From Antedon mediterranea (Eukaryota; Animalia; Echinodermata): a stretch of DNA of 64,000 nt. The notes below the pieces were generated by a model. That model made no database searches and was not told the origin of the DNA. It was given only the letters and a program-made list of their open reading frames with translations. Below, in pieces: positions 54,401 to 64,000 of this stretch. The position numbers were made by a program, and so were the translations under genes. The stretch is taken from positions 574,422 to 638,421 of the forward strand of contig NC_092678.1 in NCBI RefSeq assembly GCF_964355755.1, read 5' to 3'. Within the stretch, counting starts at the first letter, position 1. Every line of letters starts with the position of its first letter.

Positions 54401-57133
54401 CGGCCGCCATAATTATGATAATGAGAACAGCTTCCGTATTTAGAGAACTTTTGTCGTATGGGGAAGAAAGGTAGACAAAGAAGACGGTAATTCTACAGGT
54501 TAATGCTTATACACGGTTATCAGTTTAACGTTCCGAGCTGGATGGACGATATCGTTATCAGGACTGTGGACGAGTTAATGTTCTGGGCTTGATGGAAGAT
54601 ATCGTTATCAGGACTGTGGACGAGTTAATGTTCTGGGCTTGATGGAAGATATCGTTATCAGGATAGTATTTGGACGAGTTAATGTTCCGAGCTGGATGGA
54701 CGATATCGTTATCAGGACTGTACATGGACGAGTTAACGTTCCGAGCTGATGGACGATACTCACGATATTCCGGTACGGGACATTCTCCGTGCATATTGCA
54801 GATAGCCAGAGCCGGTACAATATAGGAAAAAGCACCGCCTTGTGCAATTGGTAACCTATAAAACACATTTTAAAAAGTAAGAATTAGAATACTAAAATGC
54901 ATTTATTTACTCTCCTTTAATTAACACAATGAACAATATGAATTAATATACAATGTTTTCTTTTTATTATGGTATTACATTAGACAATCCTTGGACACAA
55001 TTTTAATTAGAATATATCTTCTTTTTCGTATTAGGAGCCAACTTCAGATGTGAAGACACTGCTCCTCCAACTCTGTGTTGCTAGCTCTACAGTATTTATT
55101 ATTAATATTAGACTATTTCAACAATGTCTCTTTATAAAGGATTCGTAAAAAGATGAACTTTTGTACGCGCACTCACAAATGTTGATATTAAATACACACA
55201 TACAATGTTTGCGCGCGCGTGCATCCTCAATATTTGCGCGCGCGAGAATCAATATCTATGATGATGAAACCACTGTGTTGATACATAGTTCAATTTACCT
55301 TACACCAAGTCCAGTTTGAATAATGGTCGACAAGCCAGACACGAATAACACAGTGCTGATTAGGTAGCATTGAGCTAATAGATTGTCTTCAATGCACAAT
55401 GAAGGTGCGAAAATGAACGGGATCACCATACAACCACTAAATAACATCAAGAAGTGCTATAATATAAAAGACACGATTGTGTGTTTTAAGCTTGGTTATT
55501 TACCTGGTCCGTGCTGTATTTTTTTTTTCATAACGTCTTAGATTTTAATTAATTAATTTATTTTGTTTTCGTTATTTATATTATATTTATTATATTCTGA
55601 CAATCCTGGCTTTTTCTTTCATTTTGTATTTGTATGTATTCTGTTGTAATTGTAAAGCTTGGTTCCCACTAGCGACGCAACACAAGGACGTAACGCAACG
55701 CAAGTGAATTGACCAATCACAAGCGATGGCTTATTCGCTTGTGATTGCTAACTGTCTATAAGTTCGCTTGTCATTGGTTAAAACGCTTGCGTTGCGTTTA
55801 CGTACTTGCGTTACGTTCTAGTGGGAACCAAGCTTAACCAATAGATACGCAACGCAAGGACGTTAACCAATCACAGGCGATAGATTATTCCAACTGTCAA
55901 TGATCAACACGCTTGCGTTGCGCTTACGTCCTTGCGTTGCGTCCTATTGGGAACCAAGGTTTACGCTGCGTTACGTCCATGTGTTGCGTCCTATTGGGAA
56001 CCAAGGTTTACGTTGCGTTACATCCATGTGTTGCGGCTCTAGTGGGAACAAATCACTATTGGCCATTCAGATCAGCGAAGCTGTTTCTTGAATGAAGTTT
56101 ATTTTGCACACTTTGAGCATGCACGCAACGAAATGACGTAAGCGCAATGCAAGTAATCACAATGCGATGGATCGCCGCCGCCCTTGTGATTGGTCACCTC
56201 GCTTGCCGGCCACAGAAACCTCTTAAGAGAACAGAAAATAAAGTAATTTTTCAAAATAAATTATAAAACAGACAGTGGGAATACGTCCTATACGATATAA
56301 AAAGTTACACACTTAAAACGGTATATAGCCGGCCTACAATTATTTTAAAAATGAACATTACATTACCTGAAAAGCAAGTCCAAAAGTAGTCGGCCATGCC
56401 GGACGGTCATTTAATCCGTAAATGATATCAATAGGTTTTGTTGATAGGGGGGATGTATTATTAGTGGTACTACTTGCAATACTACTTTCTATATCCTCCA
56501 TCTGTAAGGAACCCATTTCAACGTGTTGCCGATAGATACAATCCGAATCGACAGTGAACCAGTAAGTACAGTCAATGTGTATATACAAGCACGTCATTAC
56601 ACAATTTGGTATTTATACCCAGTATACATTTTCTATGACCGTCATTATAAACGCTCTTTTGGCAGCTGAATACACTTTTTTGCGGGTATTAGTAGTAGGC
56701 CTATACGGTACACGCTTATGACTCGAATTCAAAGATCCAGGTGATTAAATTAAAAAAAAACTTTTATCTAATTTCATATAAGGGCAAATTTAATTGATTG
56801 TGAAACATGATTACAACATCATTTTGTATAAATGCGTCAAAACATTGATGAAAAGGAACAACTTTTGTACGCGCGCGTCAATGGCGAAATGAACGCGCTA
56901 TCTCACAGACGTGCCCGTGAACCTATAACCATGAACCTATAAATTAAAATTTGTTTTCTCCACGGATCTACGTACAGGGACAAAAGATAAAGTTAAAGTA
57001 CCTGAAAGGCGAGAATTAAGGTGGTCGGCCATGACAGTGTGTCGTTCAACTTATACATGACGTCACTGGTTGCACTCTCAGTACCCTTATCTTCAGTATC
57101 CAGCATCTCCAATTCAACTCGTCGTGTCGCCAT
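45420..57133 (-). CDS. SLC23 / nucleobase-ascorbate transporter (NAT/NCS2) family member, multi-exon
   Basis: First exon 56367-56516 or 57002-57133, then ~55284-55455, 54762-54854 ([11 protein letters not shown]), 53934-53994, 49679-49860, 49016-49128, 48631-48787 (PWFRVPYP), 48121-48374 ([25 protein letters not shown]), 47149-47276, 46698-46841, 46166-46261 (LDNTVPG), 45420-45613 (EERG..YDLPFGM..PFSPTF, TAA). Confidence 0.9.
45745..45847. repeat. 15-bp tandem repeat, ~7 copies
   Basis: (tatatagacgcgtac)n. Confidence 0.92.
46878..47015. mobile_element. MITE family A (Harbinger-like), exemplar copy
   Basis: TIR agctctgtctacactat...atagtgt(a/g)gacagagct with TWA-like flanks. Other full or partial copies at ~2800-3080, 3277-3384, 4001-4082, 6096-6303, 7455-7545, 15382-15510, 25915-26046, 42310-42391, 45901-46043 and 61735-61854. 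Confidence 0.8.
47343..48067. repeat. GC-rich ~21-bp minisatellite in an SLC23 intron
   Basis: (cccggtggtcgaaggtacta)-like units that degenerate toward the right end. Confidence 0.93.
50330..53807. repeat. Compound minisatellite: ~16 x 32 bp followed by ~57 x 52 bp
   Basis: The 32-bp unit agtactacctagaatgtaccatgaaaacaaca runs to ~50842. After that the same unit carries an extra cggctgattattattact(c/a)t. Confidence 0.97.
54530..54760. repeat. Degenerate ~49-54 bp tandem repeat next to an SLC23 exon donor
   Basis: Repeated gatatcgttatcaggactgt..gacgagttaa(c/t)gttc. Confidence 0.8.
55656..55834. mobile_element. MITE family B (PIF/Harbinger-like), exemplar copy
   Basis: Perfect 17-bp TIR agcttggttcccactag / ctagtgggaaccaagct with a TAA TSD on both sides. 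Related copies at ~38105-38298, 40000-40590, 43751-43930, 46405-46580, 48470-48590, 48855-48980 and 55840-56050. Confidence 0.88.
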
Positions 57134-57428
57134 TGTTTAAAATGTACCTACAAACCAAGCAATTTGAATCGGCGTTGTACACCTAGATAAATTACACCTA
57201 CAGAACGTATTAAATACTACATCTAGATATGAACTATACCTACAGAACTATCTATTAATTTCATGATTATTAAATACAATATTTGATAAAACTAAAAGAA
57301 TATCACACACTTTTAAAATCAATATGAACAAAAACACGCCTTTAATTTAATGTATATCAACTTAGGCCTACCTGTAACAAACTATAGGCAGTACTTAAGC
57401 CTACTTATCAACCACAAATCGATGTGTA

Positions 57429-58978
57429 CAGTGGCGTAACAGGCGGGGGGGGGGGGGGGGGGCAGGGGGGGCGGAATACCCCCCTGGCGGATTTTACCGG
57501 GTTGAGAAGCGTTCGATCGGGCTGGGTAACAAGTAAAAAAAATAAAATAAAATACAAAGAAGGGATAGAAGAAAGAAAATATAAGATAAGAATAAAATAT
57601 ACGATATATGATATGGCTTCAAATGAGTCACAGTACAGTATGATATTCAAGTAAGATGATATGAAATACACAAAATCCTGACTGACAACTCGTGGTGGGA
57701 AGACGCACTGCTTATCAGTACATTAACATGCGGTCAGTTGACTGTGGTTTTTGGCGTCTTTTACCTAAGCCGCCATCGCGGGCATCTCATACACAATTGT
57801 GACGCTGTGCGTGTGAGGCCACCTTAAAAAAATACACTCCTACTAATCGTATGTAACGCGCTAGCGATCAGCAAAATGAACGTACTTTCGTGGCTGGCTG
57901 TCACTCCAATACTCAATCTTTCACAGGCATACTAACACAACACTACGATTGTTTACTACAGGTCTAGTCAAGCCTTAATAAATTTAATTAATATAAATCG
58001 ACATAAGAATATAAAGTATATTATTTTTAACTAAAATATAAAAACCTAACACTAAATTTACAAGATAAATTCTATTTGATAACTGCTGAATATCGTGGCA
58101 CAGAGCATAGTTGTTTGCTTGACATAAAAGGGTATTCCCCTACACAGGTCTCTGCGTGCGTGTGACAAGCCAGCTGCTTGATAGTATAGAGAGAAAGGAT
58201 GCAGCTCACGCAAGTGCAAGATGCAATGGTTGAGTGAATTCAGGGATCACCTTAATTCCATGGTTTGTTACCTAAACACCACATGATGGTGAATATGCCT
58301 GTTAAAGTCTCAATGATACGATCCCTTAATGTACCATGTTGTTGTTAGGAGGCTTAAAGGGAGGAGGGATCTAGCCTAGTTTCGGTCGGCAAGAGAATGC
58401 CTTCCTCTGACAATTTAAGGTCGGCAATAAGGTCGGCAATTGAAATTCGTGGGCTGGACATTTCACCAAATTATATAGTTCATAAACAAAAGAGTTTAGC
58501 CGGAAATGCGATTTGCGGCCATACATACCCCTATAGAGAAAAAAAAATTCGAGGGTATGGTTCCACTAAACAATTTAACGATCCACCCCGCCGTCAAACC
58601 TGGTTACGGCCCTGTTTCAGTCTTCTAACCGGAAAAATTACTACCTTTGCCAGGTGCGGATCCAATGCTAGATTGGGTTTTCACATGTTCAAATGTTATG
58701 TCACCTGAGTTTTTAACGGTGGAAAATGTACGATCATTTTGCTGATTGCTGTGCAATAAATGGGAGTGTTATTTCCAGGCCAACTACTACTAGTTAGGCG
58801 CCATTTATCATGAATTTTATGTGCGAGAGTACCATTTCCGAAGATCTAGGGGTGTCATTTACCAAAATTCGCTTCGCCACAGCCCCCACCATGGGGGGGC
58901 TGTGGCTCAAGTACTTGGTGTCTGGAAGGATTTTCCCCTCTTTGCCCCCCCTGACAAGACCCCCTTGTTACGCGGCTG
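57429..58978. mobile_element. Non-autonomous hAT-like DNA transposon (1550 bp)
   Basis: Termini CAGTGGCGTAACA / TGTTACGCGGCTG (imperfect TIR), a perfect 8-bp TSD GATGTGTA at 57421-57428 and 58979-58986, and G-rich/C-rich subterminal tracts. No transposase ORF. Confidence 0.88.
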
Positions 58979-58981
58979 GAT

Positions 58982-59345
58982 GTGTAACTTACTTACTTAA
59001 GTCTCCACTACAAAGTTAGGTGTAACTTAAGTCTCCACTACAAAGTTAGGTGTAACTTAAGTCTCCACTACAAACTTAGGTGTAACTTAAGTCTCCACTA
59101 CAAACTTAGGTGTAACTTACGCCTCAACTACAAACTTAGGTGTAACTTACGCCTCAACTACAAACTTAGGTGTAACTTACGCCTCAACTATAAACTTAGG
59201 TGTAACTTACGTCTCAACTACAAACTTAGTGTAACTTACGTCTCAACTACAAACTTAGGTGTAACTTACGTCTCAACTACAAACTTAGTGTAACTTACGC
59301 CTCAACTACAAACTTAGTGTAACTTACGTCTCAACTGCAACTTCT
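58982..59345. repeat. ~30-bp tandem repeat, ~12 copies
   Basis: Repeated gtgtaacttacg(c/t)ctcaactacaaacttag with variants. Confidence 0.92.
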
Positions 59346-60449
59346 TAAGCCTACCTTTTTTACCAACAAACTTTTTTATTGGTGGTCAATGCTGGAGTCA
59401 AATCATAAATATCGATTTTTAGAGATCGTAAAAGAAAGCTGGATTAAATTGAATATAATAAGACATTATTCGCAAGGCAATTAATTGGCTTACTTACAGC
59501 ATATAAAGTACACATGCTTAATATCAAGGCGAAGATTGCCTTGATATAAGTGACATCAAAACACTTGACATAGGATTCAAAGATTTAGTATCAGGATAAA
59601 ATCAAGAATTATAGCATTTTCTTTCCCCATGAGGTCCACTTAAACCTCTGTTTATTTATCACCTATACAGCTAATAGTGGATTTGTGTATAGTTGTTGGA
59701 TTAACACCTATGAACAGAGGGTGGTCACTAAATTAGAAATCAGTGGTCCACTTCAACTTCTGTTTATTTATCACCTATACAGCTAATAGTGGATTTGTGT
59801 ATAGTTGTTGGATTAACACCTATGAACAGAGGGTGGTCACTAAATTAGAAATCAGTGGTCCACTTCAACCTCTATTTATTTATCACCTATACATCTCACT
59901 GGTTGATTCTATCCTCTGTTGTGAAGTACCACGGGTTAAGATCAGAGGGTGGTCTACACTTTAAAAGCAGTGGAATGCGAATCTACAGAATAAAGGTTTG
60001 ACTTTGTATGTGTAGAATAAGTATTGTAAATATAGTGACTGGATCTTTTTTATTAGTAAAGTTTTGTTTGGATTTTTGTAAAAAATGTAAAATATGTTGA
60101 TATAAAGTTTGCAGAACACTACGTAAGTTGTTCTGAAAAGAACTGTTGAATTTCTTGTCGTTTCAACCAAAAAATTCTGTTTATTATACTTAATTGTAAA
60201 AGAAGTTAAAACTAAAAAAAAAGAAAATGCTTTCCATTACCCTCATATTGCATTTGAAGTTGGTGATAGTAATTTATGCTTCTTCTTATTTTGGCACAAA
60301 AAGCGAATAAACGGAATATAAAAAAAGAAGTGTGAAAGGCTAAAAGCACATCTTAAACACACTTCAAAAAACTAAACTAAATATGAGCAGAATATGTCTA
60401 TCATAGACCATTTACATCTTATGTTAATGGCTAAATTATCAAAATACAC

Positions 60450-60660
60450 ACTGTGAAACACGCACTGTGAAACACGCACTGTGAAACACGCACTGTGAAA
60501 CACGCACTGTGAAACACGCACTGTGAAACACGCACTGTGAAACACGCACTGTGAAACACGCACTGTGAAACACGCACTGTGAAACACGCACTGTGAAACC
60601 ACGCACTGTGAAACACGCACTGTGAAACACGCACTGTGAAACACGCACTGTGAAACACAC
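60450..60660. repeat. 14-bp tandem repeat, ~15 copies
   Basis: (actgtgaaacacgc)n. Confidence 0.95.
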
Positions 60661-60817
60661 TCATGCTTTGTCTGAGACATAAGTGAGAGTTCGATCAAAC
60701 CTAAAAAAATAATTTGTTTTGTAGTTTTTCAAGATTTTTTCAATTTTTAAATAAAACATGATTTAGACAAATTTATGATTATTGAAATAAAATCCTTGAA
60801 CTCCCTCATAATTGTAA

Positions 60818-62062
60818 TTAATTTGCAAGATTATCTTGCGATATTTTGAAAGCATTTTCTAATAAATCTTGATTGTCAACATAGTGAGGCATTGTTACTA
60901 TCAATTTATCATTTGTCTTCATTGCTCGGCGAATTGTGTCCATAGCGTTCTGATTTCCTGTCCAGCTTCTTCTTGCAACCTAATTCAAAAAGATTTACAA
61001 AAATACATTTTATAGCAAAAAAATCCATAAAATAAAATTCACAAAGCTAAAATTCACAAAGTAAAAACTCACAAAAATAAAATTCTCAAAAATAATAATT
61101 CACAAAAATAAACATTCTCAAAAATAATATTCATAAAATATTATTCATATAGTGACAGTATTAAATTCATAAATAGAAGTGAATCATTGGGCTTTCTTTC
61201 AACATCAATCGGTGAAGTAACTCACAAATTACAAATTAATTCAACAATTTGGTTAATGTATGTGCCATTCAATATTAATTCTATTGCATTATAATGGTTC
61301 TATTACACAGCAGGTTTTAACATACCCCATTAGAAACATCCCATGCCAGCATCATCTGAGCTCTGTTTGTAGCTTTCTCACTACCATCCAGCAAAAGACC
61401 AAAGCCGCCATTTATTACCTCACCCCAACCCACACCACCACCATTGTGCAATGCTACCCATGTCGCCCCTCGGAACGAATCACCTATACAGTTCTGAACT
61501 GCCATATCTAAACAAAACGATGAAAAGAAGAACACCAGTAGATGGTGCCAATTTCACCCCCAAAACTGGCGCTGGTCCACGACATCTCCTTTTTAAACAT
61601 TTAACATGCATAATTTCTATTTCTACTTTTGAGATATACTGTAGCTCCCAAGTTTTCTCGATAATCGTGGGAGCTCTAAACATTTTTATTCATCTTTCTC
61701 CTGCAAAATGTTTTGGATACAAAAAAAAATCTTGAAAGTGTGATGTGGCCAAATATGGTAGTGATGTGGTCATTGTATATAGTAGTGATATGACATCATC
61801 ATGTCCATATAATAATGGTCACATAAAGTTTAATAGTGTAGACAGACAGAGCTTTAATCATACCTGCACAATAAGCAGATCCATCATATATGTTAGAAGT
61901 CTCCCTAAATGGACTGTCAGTTCCACTCACATCGTGGTGATCACGACTAAGTATAACCGGTGCTTTCAATCGGCCAATGCTTACGGCATGGTTAAAAGCT
62001 GTCGCTATGGCAACACGACCTTCCTGATCAGAATACAAAATACGTGCTTGGGAGCCAACCAC
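60818..62062 (-). CDS. UROC1: Urocanate hydratase, last three coding exons (gene continues off the right edge)
   Basis: Exons ~61865-62062 (VVGSQARILY..SRDHHDVSGTDSPFRETSNIYDGS), 61326-61507 (GATWVALHNGGGVGWGEVINGGFG..WDVSNG), 60818-60979 (VARRSW.., TAA). Confidence 0.93.
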
Positions 62063-62606
62063 CTGCACAAACAATTGATCATTTTAAAACCAATCAGAGA
62101 TAAAAAAAAACTACCCTACATCATAAAAAACATCTCATATTCATAAAATGTTATTGATATATTATGACAACTCTTTAGAAAACAATTATACTTTAGATAA
62201 TTATTAAAAAGCTTCTTGAGGTAGTTTTCTCGAATGATTTTAAAATCAAAATGGTACTGGGTATGATCAAAGAACTTATAACACAAGAATCTCCTGTTCG
62301 TCCGAAGCGCGTAACAATTTCGAAAGGCATTGTGGGATAGAATAGAGCTATGGGTGGCGCCATTGTGAGCCATGGAGTAGGGCGCCCGCATCAAATTAGA
62401 AAGTCAAAATCATAGAGGGGTTCTGCTAATGCTCTAGGGGGTATAGAGTAATTGACTGAGGAGTAGGGCGCCCACATCAAATTAGAAAGTCAAAATCATA
62501 GAGGGGATCTGCTAATACTCTAGGGGGGTAGAGTAATTGACTTCCTAGTTTGGAGGGGGCGCTGCTCCATGCTGTGAAATGGCGTCGCCCAGTTTGACCT
62601 TTTAAC

Positions 62607-63270
62607 CCTGTACTTCCGATACTGTGTTTTGAATGCAAATTGAAGAACAGGAGATTCTTGTGTTATAAGTTCTTTGGTATGATCAACTAGGCATCCATTC
62701 ATAGAACTACTGCTGTAGCAGCCTATCTGTACAGCGGCTATAGAATGGACCCAAAACATGACTTACCACGACTTTTAGTTAATAGAAGATTGAAAAAATT
62801 TAGTATGAAGAGTTGTACATGGATGTTGTACATGGATGTTGTACATGGATGTTTTATGAAATTATGTCAATAGTGTATATATACTAATAACTTAACAGTA
62901 AATTTAGCGTTTAAAAACTCACTAATTTATGTTTTCCGGCTTCCCTGTACTTCCGATACTGTGTTTTGAATGCAAATTGAAGAACAGGAAATTCTTGTGT
63001 TATAAGTTCTTTGGTATGATCAACTAGGCATCCATTCATAGAACTACTGATGTAGCAGCCTATCTGTACAGCGGCTATAGAATGGACCCGAAACATGACT
63101 TACCACAACTTTTAGTTGATAGAAGATTGAAAAAAATTTAGTATGAAGAGTTGTACATGGATGTTGTACATGGATGTTTTATGAAATTATGTCAATAGTG
63201 TATATATACTAATAACTTAACAGTAAATTTAGCATTTAAAAACTCACTAATTTATGTTTTCCGGCTTCCG
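62607..63270. repeat. Direct duplication of ~336 bp in a UROC1 intron
   Basis: ccctgtacttccgatactgtg... at 62607 and 62943, nearly identical. Confidence 0.88.
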
Positions 63271-63357
63271 TTATCCAGCGCACATTATCCTCATATTGTT
63301 GCTTTGTTTTTTCTGGCACTAAAGATACAAAAGATAAAGTTATACGAGATGTTATGA

Positions 63358-64000
63358 AATGATTTAGTCCTTAACACATAGGCGTATGATTTAGTCCTTA
63401 ACACATGGGCCTATGATAGTCCTTAACACATGGGCCTATGATTTAGTCCTTAACATATGGGCCTATGATGCCAAATAGAATGATTTAGTCCTTAACACAT
63501 AGGCGTATGATTTAGTCCTTAACACATGGGCCTATATTTAGTCCTTAACACATGGGCCTATATTTAGTCCTTAACACATGGGCCTATGATTTAGTCCTTA
63601 ACACATAGACCTATGATTTAGTCCTTAACACATAGGCCTATGATTTAGTCCTTAACACATAGGCGTATGATTTAGTCCTTAACACATGGGCCTATGATTT
63701 AGTCCTTAACACATAGGCCTATGATTTAGTCCTTAACACATAGGCCTATGATTTAGTCCTTAACACATAGGCCTATGATTTAGTCCTTAACACATAGGCC
63801 TATGATTTAGTCCTTAACACATAGGCCTATATTTAGTCCTTAACACATGGGCCTATGATTTAGTCCTTAACACATGGGCCTATGATTTAGTCCTTAACAC
63901 ATGGGCCTATGATTTAGTCCTTAACACATAGGCCTATGATTTAGTCCCTAAAACATGGGCCTATGATTTAGTCCTTAACACATGGGCCTATGATTTAGTC
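63358..64000. repeat. 27-bp minisatellite running off the window edge
   Basis: (atgatttagtccttaacacat(a/g)ggcct)n. Confidence 0.95.

Noticed and set aside
54083-54410. GC-rich patch with repeated GGCGGCCGCC palindromes
   Set aside because: It is probably a transposon remnant, but I could not define clear TIRs or a TSD.
60372-60698. Cys/His-rich repetitive ORFs in three frames
   Set aside because: They are translations of a 14-bp tandem repeat, with no evidence of coding function.

Overview
AT-rich, intron-containing animal genomic DNA, probably from a marine invertebrate (inference). It is not prokaryotic and has no CRISPR array. Host genes, reconstructed by hand from splice sites and protein motifs, are: the first coding exon of ANKRD16 (-), head-to-head with a ~21-exon FBH1/FBXO18 F-box helicase (+); an ADP-ribosylglycohydrolase (+); NSMCE3/MAGE (-); a compact two-exon orphan Ser/Thr kinase (-); three tandem PLAC8/cornifelin paralogs (-); an SLC23/NAT transporter with two paralogous first coding exons (-); and the 3' exons of UROC1 (-). 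Mobile DNA includes a full-length L2-clade LINE in an FBH1 intron, tRNA-derived SINEs, two Harbinger-like MITE families, a hAT-like element with a perfect 8-bp TSD, and many intronic minisatellites. The most notable observation is in the LINE. Its ends can be mapped exactly because it splits a MITE, and its 5' end, which includes a uORF AUG, is complementary to the loop of its 3' terminal stem-loop. Exon coordinates were read by eye and may be off by a few bases. No database searches were run.
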